Positions 1 to 12,989 of a stretch of 64,000 bases of DNA are shown here, in pieces. The stretch's first letter is position 1. Every line of letters begins with the position of its first letter. This stretch comes from Eledone cirrhosa (taxonomy: Eukaryota): assembly GCA_964016885.1 (NCBI GenBank), contig OZ024743.1, positions 167,028,001 to 167,092,000 on the forward strand. The letters are read 5' to 3'. The notes under the pieces were generated by a model. That model ran no database searches, was not told where the DNA came from, and worked only from the letters and a program-made list of their open reading frames with translations. Both the position numbers and the translations under genes were made by a program.

Positions 1-3000
1 AAGCATAACATTAAAGACAGCACAGGACAGTACAAATGGAAGTTTATGCATGTAAAAACAAATACATAAAACAAAAACAAAGAATGTAACAAAAAAAAAT
101 GAAACAAAAGAAAATTCCCCAATAGGGGGAGACTTCCAAGAGTCACTTTTGGAGAAAACCCATAAAAATCCACGGTGACCCTGATCACAAGGGTAATTGC
201 CCTCTCCCAGTTTCCCACCTCCAATCAACAGGTGCATACTCAGAGCAGGCCCATGCTCGCCTCTCTCACCCATCTTTCAATAAACTGCTGGGAAGTTAAT
301 CAGGGCTTCAACGAAAAGGTAAGTGCTCGTCTTCATCCCTTTCAAACATGTCCACCACACAAACTCTTTCGCCATGGTCACTAGGCAGATAAAAACTGCC
401 TACCCTTTCTGGCTAAAGGAAGGCAGTAGAGTAATCCTCACGATGGACTCAGTTGATAGCCGGATCTATCCTACACATAACAGCAAGTGCTCGACATAAA
501 CCCACAAGTCAGTAGATCTCAGGCACTGGATGATTGCATGCATCTCGGACAGGCTCGGCTGATGGCACTTCCATGTTTGTAGAGCTTAACTCAAACTGGC
601 AAAGCCCCTCAGTAACACTGCCTGGCCTAGGATTTCTGGAAATTATCCATTGGCTCTGGACTGAAAGTCCTCCCAAAAGGAGTGGCGAGTTGATTTTCAT
701 AGATGTCTATGAGTTTCCCCAAGAGTGTTATTGCTTTCATCCGCCACTAACCCTTTATAGAACACCAAGGTCGAGTTTCCAATGAGCATACTGCCTGATT
801 GGTGGAGGGCTATGAGTGCTTGAAGACAGTCCAGTTTCCAAGCGCACCCCCTCGGTCTCTGCTTGACCCAGTACTGCAGCTCCGTTAAGGAGACGAGCTG
901 GGGGAACATGTGTCTGGTGAACGGCAACCACACCTGTTCAACCGTTAACAAAAGGATGGAGATGCCGTGGCTTTAGCGCATGTTTGCGCATCATCAGCCA
1001 CGGCAGTCCTCCATGCAGTGGGTGTAAACAGCAGATGGACTACTAGACCATCGGAACGCGTTGCTTCCACAAAAAGCGGAAGAACAAATGATGCGGTGAA
1101 GTCAGACAGGGTTTAGTACAAGGCACGGCAGTCAGGCGGAAGTAGATGATGGACGCGATGTACATGTTTGCCACCTATGCCATACCTTTCGTGAACAGCT
1201 TTCTCTCGGCCCATTTCTGTTCATCACCTCATCCCAGTTTTTATCCAATTGGAGGTCTGGACCAATCCATCTCCCGAGTAATTTAAGAGGTCCATCTGTC
1301 CAGCATCCAGCAATGCAGCTGGACGGCATGGACCTACCTTTCCCGGTGCCGAGTTGTAGGCTCACCGACTTTTCCTGGTTAATTTTCACTCCTGTTAGCA
1401 CTTCTTATTCCCTCAGAGCAGTGTCGATCACCTCAATGTGTTTGGTTCTCGACACTACAATAGTGACATCATAGGCATAAGCTGACACAGATCTTCCATG
1501 TCCTAGTTTGTGCGGGATGCCCCTCAACATCTCTAATTTGTGCAGTAGTGGCTCGAACAGGGACAAGAGTGGACAGCCTTGTTGGACTGAGTGCATAATA
1601 TTGAATGGTTCTGAGAGGTGACTGTTCACTACTACCAGAAAGCAATGTTGCTGTGCAGAGCTGCGATCCAAACTCTGAAAACATGCCCAAAGCCTGTTAC
1701 TATGAGGACTGTTGCCAGGTACTGATGGTCGATCCTGTTGAATGCTTTTGATTGATCTAAGTTGATCAGTGGCCCACCGATGCCAGGTTCCTTAGCCACC
1801 ATCTCTATGATGTGTCACATTATGTGGAGTTTGTCGTAGATGGATTTCTTGGGAGTGGCACATATCTGTGCTTCCTCTACCAGACCACCGACATGCACCA
1901 ACCTAGTCGCAAACACCTTGGGCAAAATTTTGAACTCAGCATTTAGTAGAGTTATGAGCCTAAAATAATCAATAAAATTCCATTTGTTCGGGTCATTTCT
2001 CAGCAGTGCCTCTGTTCCTCGGCTTACAGAACTGGGAATTCTCCCATTCTGCTGCCAGTTGAAGTAGACATATGCCAAGATATTGCTGAACAAGCCTGGC
2101 ATGTGAACGTAAAGCTCGTAGGGCAAACCATCCAAACTGAGCGATTTACCTCTCGTGCAGCCAGTCATTGCCTCCCGTATTTCAGTGGTAGTTATTGGCT
2201 TTTTGCAACAATCCACCTCCGTTACCAATGTCACAGCAGGCTGCCAAGATGGACAGTGATGTCTATCTTGTGATCCAGCCTGCTGCTGCTCCCAAATAGT
2301 TGGGCGAAGTGTTGCTGAAAAGCTGCACACCCGTCGTGGTATTCCAAAGATTGGATTATGACTTTGTTGCCATATTGTGCCTCCGCTACTAGGGCCCACC
2401 GAACTGCTTTCATCCCCTCATGTCTAAGAGCACGCACCTTAGTTCTGACCACACAGTCTTCATGCTTAGCATTGAAAAATTGGTCTAGGGCCAATCGCGC
2501 TGCAAGAATGTTAGTTGTGATGCCATTGCTAATTGCCTCTTCTAGTTTTTTTAACTAGCACTCCCTCTACTCTAGTTTTCTCTATTGCTACAGCTTTGCT
2601 AAATCTTATCGATTCTACTCTAATTGCACTTTTCAGGATGCATTACCACTTGTTGTTGACAACTGCCCCATCAATGCCCACTTAAGTAATTCATTTATCT
2701 GGTCTCTGTAGGCTTTGCTCATTGGGAATGAGGCATTCAGCTTCCAGTAACCGGGTCCTTGTCTATGGAGCCTATTTAGATTTACTACAGTCAGTAGTCA
2801 TCTCTAACAAAATACACCCCCGTCCCACCACGCCCACCCCATCCACACCGCCCCTTTCAATGTAAAGTTATGTTGGTGCCACAACATCCAGGCCGAAACA
2901 AATGAGATCGTGTAGGTGTCATGACAAAAAAACACACAGTCCACGCTGTAATGTGGCCGTGTAGGCAACACAGTAAAAACCTCCCAGCCCCACACTGTAA

Positions 3001-5270
3001 ATGTGGTTGGTGTTAGGAAGGGCATCCAGCTGTAGAAAACCCGCCAGACAGTCCACGCTGTAATGTGGCCGTGTAGGCAACACAGTAAAAACCTCCCAGC
3101 CCCACACTGTAAATGTGGTTGGTGTTAGGAAGGGCATCCAGCTGTAGAAAACCCGCCAGACAGTCCACGATGTAATGTGGCCGTGTAGGCAACACGGTAA
3201 AAACCTCCCAGTCCCACACTGTAAATGTGGTTGGTGTTAGGAAGGGCATCCAACTGTAGAAAACCTGCCAGACAGTCCTATGCGAGCAAGACAATCACTC
3301 TTGCCTCAAGTGGGAAAACCCCCGCCCAAACCCATGCAAGCATGGAACACGGACGTTAAACGTTGATGATGATGATGATGATGACATGTCACAAATCTGT
3401 GGTCTGTGTATTCAACTATCTTAAATTGTGGACAACCTATGCTATCCTTCTCTACTTTCCTACAGAATACTCCATCTAGATACGATCTGGATGACCCGAT
3501 GCAGTTAGTCCACATTGGAGCATTTAGGAAAATCAGTCGGTACCTGTCAGTCAACTGGAAGTGTCTGAGCGGGTTTTCGAGACTTTTACACCCTCCTCCC
3601 CTATCTGCTAGTCCCACACAGTCCCAGTATGCATCTAAGACTAAAGATGCAAGACACTCCTAGAAAGGTTTCCAGTTGTTGGAAGAAATTGTCCTGCCCC
3701 TGTCAGAACATAGACAGCCACTAGCCTGAAGGCATGCCCTTCTTTGCTGGTCACGTCCAGTATCACTAACTTACTATCTGGTTCCAGGAAGATGGTCTGT
3801 ATTGTGAGATCCAGGCCTTTCTGAAACAACACAGCAACTCTGCCTCCAGATCCTGGATGACTTGGAGGTGTGTACAGCTCATAGTTTTGTTTGGGATATT
3901 GTTAGTGGGTCTGGTGTTGATAGTGGGATTGGCGGTGTAGATACTTGTGGTGGTGGTGGCGATGGATATAGGTCTTAATATTTTTTATCTATTTTGCCCT
4001 CTTCTTTTTAAGGGCGATGGCGAGGATTTTTTTGTTTTCTTCTTTTTAAGGCAGACTGTTTGCCATTCCCCGGCCTCGCCAGAATTTAAGTCTGTGTGAC
4101 ATCAGGAAGTGGCATGTCCTCAATGGGTGTTGGTGTTGTTATTGCTGGTGGTGTTGGGTCTGTCGGTGTTGTTCTTAGTGGTGCTGGTGCTGCTGTTTTG
4201 TTTGATTTTGTTGCTGCTACTGGTATTTATGTTGATGATGTTTTAGTTGGTGATGTCTAGGAATTAGTGGTAGTTGTTGTTGGTGATGTCTTAGGCATTG
4301 GTAGTAGTGGAGGCTTTTTTCCTTTTCCCTTTAGTGAAGGGCAGAAAGCTCTTAAGTAGATTGTTGCAAGACAGATGTGACATCTGGCTTTCCTCCCTTC
4401 TACACAAACTGCTAAGATTATACCACCTGGAGGAAGTATTTGCATGAGGATGGTGTCTATATTTCTTTGCATTGTTTGCATAAGGATTTCGACCTCCATT
4501 CCTGATGAATTCTCTTTGTTAGTCTGGTAGACATCAAAGATTTTCGAATTTTCCTCAATATCAACCGTGACTGCAGCTATTAGGCAAGGAATGGCTATTT
4601 CCAGTGGTATTTGCAAAATGATGATCCTTACTAGTCTGATTCCACAGTAGAATGGGATGAGCATGATCTCTTAACTCTGTAGGGGCTTCATGGAGTGAGA
4701 TATTGCTTCTTCCTCTGTAGCAAATCTTACCTCCACCATGCCAAAAGCCCTGCTTCTTTAGATGAAAGTTTTCAGATTCCATACAGAATCTAAAGCCTTC
4801 TGAATTAAAGTCGCTGTGGTTCTTTCTATTTATCTAATCTTTAATCCTATGATACAATATGTTACAGTCCGACATATCGTATTTTGGATTGTTTTGATAG
4901 GGGTGTTGATATTCACAATGAGGCCGTCTCTTTCTCCCAGACTTCTTGCTTGTTTTACTTATTCTTTGGAGAAAGTGATCTTTGAAAAAGAGCTTTTCTT
5001 GTCACCAGCGAAAGTTTTGGTAGTATTGGCATTAATTGTTGATTTGTTGGTTGACTTGTTGTTGTTGATGCTGTTGTTTTTTGTTCTTGTTTTCACTGTT
5101 ATCGCTGTAGTTTTCATTGTTTTTGTTGTTATTCATTTTGGATATGTTTTGATTATCCTTTTGAGTATTCAAAACCATATTTAAAATAAAGTCTTTCTTT
5201 AAAGTCTCTCTCCATTATAGACATGTTGTATTCCTCATTGTTTCTTTCATTTTGTGACAGCGACTCTCTC
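1..5270 (-). mobile_element. Decayed Tx1/L1-clade non-LTR retrotransposon (ORF1 zinc knuckle, APE, RT)
   Basis: Minus-strand ORF fragments in the expected order: CHICLATIYLRAFC knuckle (4257-4664), APE pieces FRLVAVY and TDHRFV (3306-3832), RT pieces SLDGLPYELY..FRLITLLNAEFKIL, SVQQGCPLLS and AYAYDVT (1132-2399). Many stops and frameshifts; boundaries approximate. Confidence 0.85.
2784..3383 (+). mobile_element. 3'-UTR-only copy of RTE family B inserted in the Tx1 APE region, with an internal 112-bp triplication
   Basis: Matches the 3' ends at 34985-35355 and 44750-45127 and ends in (GAT)n. Repeat units start at 2937, 3049 and 3161. Confidence 0.9.
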
Positions 5271-5499
5271 ACAATATGAAACATTTTGCTGCATTCTCCA
5301 CGCCCTGTCTCTGAATTCATGTTTACAATTTTCGAAAAAGTTTTAAAATTACAAATTAAACAAAGCCGACATTCCCTCAGGGGGATGTCATATTAACACC
5401 ATTGACCCACCTTTGAGAAGCAGGTCAGTTGCTTCAAACTTTTGCCAAGTTTAAAACTCAAATAAAAGGTTAGAGACAATCAAAATAGTAAAACATATA

Positions 5500-6758
5500 A
5501 AAAATATCTCTTGCCAAAATTGACAGAAACAAATATCCCCCAAAATAATCATCCTATCATTTGCCTTTCCAATCTTGACAGAGGCAACCTACAAATTTAT
5601 GGATGAAAATCATCTATTCCCTATTGAGCTGAAAGGTTGTTACCGTGGGTCTTACAGGTGCGAAGACCAACTTCTCATTAACCATATGATTCTGTAAAAC
5701 TGTCATAAAAAGTATGTAAATCTCAGTACTAAAACCACAGATGACTGGATGATGAAAATGGTTGCAGATCATGAAAGGAAGAAGAGGTTACATTCAGTCA
5801 CTAAGGAAAGTAGGAAGTTTGCAGAAGAATTGGGAATATATTTTTAAAATGATGATGTTACTGCAATTAAAGCCACAAAGAATATCAGTGTTGATAAAAC
5901 ATGAAGGCCAACAGAGACTGTGCACTAAATGAGAGCAAAAACCACTGTATGGGCAGTATGTTCTCTGTAGCCAGGAGCCTGATGTAGATCAAACACTCAC
6001 CCATCAGTGGCTGTAGAGTTATGGGCTAAAAGCAGAGAGTGGGGGCTTTATTTTGGCTGCACAAGACCATTGTCTTTCAATGCACAACTTTCAAGCCAAT
6101 GTGATCAGAAATAGAACTGAACAAAAGTGTTGATTCTGTGATGAACATGGTGAGACTATTGACCACTTGGTTTCAGGTTGCAAAGTATTAGATCCCCAGG
6201 AATATAAAATGAGGCTTGATAGAGTGAGGTGATACTTACACTGGGTAATGTGGTCTGAAAACAGAGGGGGAAATGGTACAACCATCACACCAGTAACAGG
6301 AGACGAGAACATGACAATCCTATGAGAAAACATGTTTCTTAATTGACACGAGCATTCCATCAGATCGTAACATCTCTTCGAAAGAGTTTGGAAAGCTCAG
6401 TAAGTATAAAGATCTATCAATCGAAATTAAGAAAATATGGCATCTTAAGGCCTGTACATAGTCGGCGCCCTTAGAACGATACTGATAACTATTTGGACAA
6501 AATACCTGGAAAGCCATTGCCGCAAGAGATACAGAAAATAGTGCTGACTGGCACTGTTCATGTCCTGAGAAGGGCATTATCAATTTAAAACCTTGTGAAG
6601 ACATTTACTGTTGTTTGTGCCCTTGTGGCATCATTTATATAACAACTGATTGCTAAATGTGTGTATTATCAAATTTTGCCTCAGGTGTCAGGTTGACACT
6701 TGGCATGATTTGGGAAAAAAGCAGAAATCAAAGGAAGTTTCAAATAATAATAATAATA
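5500..6758 (+). mobile_element. Old R4/Dong-like (REL endonuclease) LINE remnant
   Basis: Degenerate pieces KDQLLIN, LHGQY-like, AAQD, CxxC..ETIDHLVSGC and KLSKYKDL; ends in a (TAA)n tail. Confidence 0.75.
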
Positions 6759-8372
6759 GTCTGTCCCCTCTGTTGTTTGTCCTGACCATTATACTGTGAA
6801 AAGTGAGAGCAGGATACAAGTTGGGAAAGGGAGAGCTTACCATCAATCACCTCCTCTTCATGGACGATCTTAAGCTCTTCGGGAAGAGTGAGGAGTTGGA
6901 TGTGCTTGTTGACACTGTCCGTATTTTCAGCAATGATATATGTATGCAATTTGGTAATAGTAAGTGTGGAGTCCTTGTGATGAAGAGGGGTAAATTGAGC
7001 AGAAGCAACGGAATCCAGGTACCAACAGGTGAGATGATAAAGGAAATTGACACTGAAGAAGGATACAAATATTTAGGTGTTCTGTAGGCTGATGACATCA
7101 AGAACAAAAAAATGAAGGAATTGTTAAGATCTGAATACATTCGGAGAGTAAGGAGCGTATTAAAATCACATCTGAACAGTAGGAATGCCATAAGTGCAGT
7201 AAATTCCCGAGCTGTGTCTATTATTAGGTACAGTGCGGGAATTCTGAGATGGAATGTTGCTGAACAAAAAGAAATTGATAGGAAGACTAGGAAGCTATTG
7301 ACTATCTACAACATGTTCCACAAGGGGAGTGATGTCGATAGACTCTACTTAAGGAGGTCTGAAGGTGGAAGAGGTCATATCAGAATAGAGGACTGTGTTC
7401 AGATGGAGAAAAACAACCTACACAAATACGTGACTGATAGTAGGGAGCCAATGCTCAGAATTGTACTGAAGGAGAGGACAATAGACCAGGGGATGGCCAA
7501 GGAGGAAATAACAACAAGGAGAAAGAGCAGCCTTCATGAAAAATCCCTTCATAGTACCTTCTTTGAGAAAACTGAATTCAGAGATCCACAGACATGGAAC
7601 TGGTTGAAAAGAGGAGACCTTAAAAAGGCTACAGAAGGAATGCTAATGGCTGCGCAAGAGCAGGCCCTCAAAACGAAGTGGCTGAAACACCATATTTACA
7701 AGGAAGTGGCTAGCCCACTGTGTAGGATCTGTGGAGAGAGAGAGAGGAGACTGTGGTTCAAATTGTATCCGAGTGTAAACACCTAGCCCAGACTCACTAT
7801 AAAGGCTGGAGACATGATGTGATGGGCAGGGTGATCCACTGGCACCTATACAAAGTAAACAATTTACCACATTCTGAGAAGTGGCATGAGCATAAGCCAG
7901 AGTCGGTGATAGAAAACGATCAGGTGAAGGTGCTATGGGATTTTAGGATACATACGGATAAGAAACTGGAACACAATAGACCTGACCTGGTGGTTGTGGA
8001 CAAGGGAAAAAGATCGTGCCTGATTGTGGATGTAACCTGCCCATTCGGCACAAGAGTGCAAGAGAAGGAGAGGGAGAAAATTAACCGATACCAGGACTTA
8101 AAGTGGGAGGTAAGAAGGATTTGGAACTGCTATGAAGTCAAAGTGGTCCCGATTGTCATAGGCGCACTAGGTACTATCTCAAAGAGTTTCCAAGGATGGT
8201 TAAAGAAAATTGGTCTCGCCCCGCTTTTTGGAACACTTCAAAAGGCATGCTTGCTGGGAACAGCAAGAACCCTCCGTAACATCCTGAATATCTGAGTCTG
8301 CAGGTAGCGGCTTGATATTCATTTCAACAAACTTTCCAGTTAAATAACATCAATGACTGAATCTCAAAGAAC

Positions 8373-8407
<35 letters not shown>

Positions 8408-8408
8408 G
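6759..8408 (+). mobile_element. 5'-truncated R4/Dong-like LINE, family A
   Basis: RT motif HLLFMDDLK, CCHC finger LCRIC..H....C, REL motif RPDL..VD and K..Y. One stop and one frameshift. Flanked by (TAA)n on both sides. Confidence 0.92.
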
Positions 8409-11227
8409 AGCAATCTTAAGAACGGAATTGAATGCAAGGAATAGGATCGATGCCATAAACAGGCTTGCCATACCAGTCATCAACTGGTCAAGCACAGAGA
8501 TCCGTAGGCTCGATACAAAAATTAGAAAATTCTTAACCATGCACATCACCCGAAGGCATATACAGATAGAATATATCTCCCTAGGAAAGAAGGAGGACGT
8601 GGGTTAATCCAGTTAGACATTGCGTTGAAAACTGCAACAATTGGATTATCTACATATCTAAGGGAATCACATGATTGGATGATCAAACTCGTTTTGAAAC
8701 ACGAAAGCATCAAAAGATCATATTCCATTACAAAAGATGCACAAAGATACAGTAATGAACTACAAATTTCAGAAGTTCCATTTACTCCTGAAATGAAAAA
8801 CACAGAAAAAGCAAAGCAGGTAAAAGTAACTGCAAAGAAAGAACTGCTACAGAAACTGGCTAAGAAATGGCAAGAAAAGCCTCTGTATGGAAAATACCCA
8901 GAACGAGCTACCGTATATACTCGCGTATAGGTCGCACTTTTTTTACCATAAATAAGTATAAATCTTTGGGGTGCGACCTATCCGATCGACATCAGACTGA
9001 CCAATGATTTTTCATAGACTTATAAAAATAACTTTGTTAATATTTTTTATTATTTAACATAATAATTTCATATATCTTATACATATATTTCTTGATTTTA
9101 AATTTTTTACTAAAACTTCGTAGTGTTTACGTTTTTTTCTATCTGACCGAACCATCCGTCATTAAAATCCATAGAAATGCATACCCGGTATTTAAAATGT
9201 GATTTCATTGTCTTAGCATTACTATGAACACGTATTGTGATGTATTTACTTTAACAGGAAACAGATTATTGCACGTGGTGTTTCTTTTCAAAATTGGCAA
9301 GTGAGAAAAGTTGATAGTTGAAATTTTTTTTATAATTCACTGAGAAATATGAATTCCAGTAAGAGAAAAAGTTATCAAACAGATGATATTGAAGAATGTG
9401 AAGATGAATTGAATGACTATTATAACGAATGCACAGTTACAGATGAAGAAATGAAAAAAACTATTAATTAACAGGTGTAAAAGTAATAACTTTATGGATA
9501 AACACAAAAATTTAAACTTTATCTGCCTTACCTGTTAGATTTGTTGCAAAAAATTCAATAATGACCTAGATGTTGACTTCCATCAATTCTAGCAGTTTTC
9601 CAAACAGGTGAATTAATTAAAAATGCAGATATAATCAGTACAAGGTTTTAGTCTTTCTCTACATTCCAGGCAAATATTTTCATTGAAAAAAATGTATAAA
9701 ACCTTTTCACCAGTCAAAATAATATTTGCAATGTACTCTTACATAATGTACGGTGTAAATTTACGTAACAGAGTGTTCCCAATATATAAGTTCATTAATA
9801 GGTGTGAACATGTATTGGTGTTGTATCTTTCAACCACGTTGCTGTAATATTTTTATGGTGTCCGTCAGATCTTCGCTTTCACTTTCAAAGTAACTATCAT
9901 CATCAGAAATAAATACGTCTGATTCATTTGAAGATAAGTCACTAATATTATCTTGTGTTTCTTTTTCATTTCGAATGTCGTCGCATGTAAAACCTTCAAA
10001 GTCGGTATTCGCTACTTTGGGAAGCCATGTTGATACGCTAAAAATCTGTTATACTTTCAACGTTAAAAAACACGTGTTATTTCACGTTGTTTCACTATAT
10101 TAAGAGTTAATTTTCGCGCTTAAAGGCTTTATCTCGCAGTAATCTCGAATTGAGGAAATTTCGATGACGTTAATGTTTATTTTATAAATAAAACATGGTT
10201 TGGAGTATATATCGCAACGGCGAAGTAATGGAAAACTAACAGATTATTAGTTTCAATTATCATAAAAAATAGTAGTTTGACGGCCCAAATTTCAGTGCGA
10301 CCTATCTGCGAGTCAATGGTAAATAGCCTATTTGACATATCTGCCGGGGCGACCTATACACGAGTATAAACTGTTACAATCGTGATGTTGACAAAACTTT
10401 AACCCATCAGTGGTTGGCATCCTCTGGACTGAAATTGGAGACTGAAGGACTGATTATATCAGCACAAGATCAGTGTCTGCCAACAAAAAATTATCAAGCC
10501 AACATAATAAAAAATGGATGCAACCCATTATGCCGTGTATGTAAAAAAACAACCAGAGACCATTGATCATATAATTTCAATGTGCAGTCCTATAGCTCCA
10601 ACCGAATACCTAAACAGGCATGACAGAGCTGCACAATACATACATTGGATAATGTGTAAGCATTTTGACCTGCCCCATCAAAAGAATTGGTGGGAGCATC
10701 AACCACCTCCCATACTTGAAAAAGATCACATCTCGATCTTGTGGAACTTTAGCATCCAAACAGACCAAAAAATAGATGCAAATAGACCTGATATAATACT
10801 GAAGGACTTTAAAAAGAGGGTATGCCTGCTAATTGATATGTCCGTTCCAATAGACAAGAATGTATCTATAAAAACATTTGAAAAATTGAGCAAGTATAAG
10901 GACCTGGAGATAGAAATTTGAAAAATGTGGTTGTAGGCGCTCTAGGAATGATACGTAAGGGGGCTAATGATTACTTATCGCAAATAGGAGAAATACAAAA
11001 GATAGTACTAATGGGAACTGCCCATATACTAAGGAAGATTCTGTCAATATAAGTACATCACAAGTCTAAACACCTAAAAATGCATGTGTGTGTGGGTATG
11101 TGTGTTCTTTCTTGAACATGGCGGACCTTGTTGTTTCTTGAGGTCACTGGTTGTGACTTGGTGATAACTCGTATGAACATAAAGCAAGATAAATGCAACT
11201 GTAATAATAATAATAATAATAATAATA
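8409..11227 (+). mobile_element. 5'-truncated R4/Dong-like LINE, family B, split by a DNA transposon
   Basis: ORFs 8625-8930 (KPLYGKYP) and 10514-10921 (RHD, NRPDII, KLSKYKDL). Coding resumes with NRDVDKTLTHQWL after the insert. (TAA)n tail. Confidence 0.88.
8911..10374. mobile_element. Non-autonomous Tc1/mariner-pogo-type DNA transposon
   Basis: TIRs CCGTATATACTCGCGTATAGGTCGC ... GCGACCTATACACGAGTATAAACTG, TA at both flanks, subterminal GTGCGACCTAT repeats. Cleanly interrupts LINE coding sequence. Confidence 0.85.
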
Positions 11228-12900
11228 GGATGCCTATAATGAAGCTCCCTACAAGATTTGAAATAAATCAGACACCATCGACAAAACAATAATAAATATA
11301 TAAGAAAACAAAGAGGAAACATAATAGACGAGAGCCAACAAAGCCTACTAAAAATAAATTGTATACACGGATCGTCATTATAACATAATTTTCTTTATTA
11401 AAATTGCGACAACATGAGTAAAATTCAACAAGTTGAAAATCAGCCATTACACAACACATAGGGTTTGAAATAAAAACAAAAAGTTTAACAATATACGTAA
11501 TTAACAAAAATTACTGATTGTATTACAAATGGCTGTATTATAAACACAACGGAAAACGTACACAAAACAATCACACAGATGTACAGACGTTCGTTCTTTG
11601 AATGATAACAAATGAGCACAAAACCGTACAAACACAGAATCACAAAATACTAATGTTCGAAATAATGGACCAGACTCTAACGCTCAAGTACCACTAATAA
11701 AAACAAAAAGACACAAATGGACAACTGAGGAATATGCTTCAATCATATACGCGTACCTTACGCCAACATTATACCGTAAAAATGAAAAGACAACAACACA
11801 CACATAAAATACTAGCTGCAGTTCTCAGAGTGCGTCTGAAAATGCTAGCAACCCGGGGTGCCCATACTGGATTTTCAATATCAACCTTTGCTAGGTGTGT
11901 TTAGGGCAGATCAAAAACGTGTGGAACTATCAGAAGCTGTTTAAGTCATAAGTCCTTCTCCATCCAGCAACATTATACCCTAAAAACGAAAACACAATAC
12001 ACACATAAAATCTGGCTGAAAATCAACCCACATTTTGAGTTAATACTTGACCCTAATAAACTAGCAAATTTAAGGAGATACATATTAAAAACAAGAAAAA
12101 GAATATCAGACACTGAAATCAAACAACTAAAAGAACAAATTCATAACAAAAACACAAATAATGATAACATAATAATTAACTAACATAAACATATAGAGAA
12201 TTTAAAATGTGACATAAAAACCAACATACCCCAAATAGATAAAGTAAACAACAAAACAGAGCAAACCCCAACCATAAAAGACACACAGTGCTAACCAACA
12301 AAAACAGATTCAAGACAACACAACCAAAGATACATATGTTAAGACAATGGCAAGAGAAATCCTTACATGGCCCATACCCCAAAAAACTAAATCGAAAGGA
12401 AGTAGATAAAGAAAACACACAAAACTGGCTCCGAAGCACTGGACTAAAAACAGAGATGGAAGGATTTCTAATTGCAGAGCAGCTGTTCTCTGGGATATGC
12501 CAATACATATGACAAAGAGATCAAGGCCAACTGACCAGATATTATAGTCAAAGACCACAAAGAAAAAAGATGCCTTCTAATAGATATATTAATCCCCACA
12601 GATGACAATATATCTTCCAAGGAAATAAAGAAATTCTCCAAATATTAAGATCTAGAGATAGAAATAACTCGAATGCGGAAAATGAAACAGAAACAATACC
12701 TACAATAATAGTTGCTCTAGGAATGATAAAATAACACAGACAAATACATAGCCCAAACCTCAGGACTTACAAATATACACAGCATCCAAAAGATAGCACT
12801 ACTAGGCACTGCACATATATTACGAAAAGGATCAATACAGTAGAAACAACATCAGCAAAAACTACACTGCTCATACCCAAGGTGCATAGAACTGTGCTCG
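11228..12900 (+). mobile_element. Internally deleted R4/Dong-like LINE, family C
   Basis: N-terminal-type sequence (KWTTEEY..., PNKLANLRRYI) is followed almost directly by the C-terminal WQEKSLHGPY, PDIIVKD and IQKIALLGTAHILRK. No RT domain. Confidence 0.7.
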
Positions 12901-12989
12901 GTAAAGGTGGTGGATAGACCATTATGCAATAGCTCCCGTACGTTTTTGATATTTTACATATTTAAATAATTCTTATTGCAAATGGGAAT

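Noticed and set aside
4816-5184. Hydrophobic 122-aa ORF as a membrane protein
   Set aside because: It is antisense to the A/C-rich Tx1 ORF1 region; a compositional artefact.
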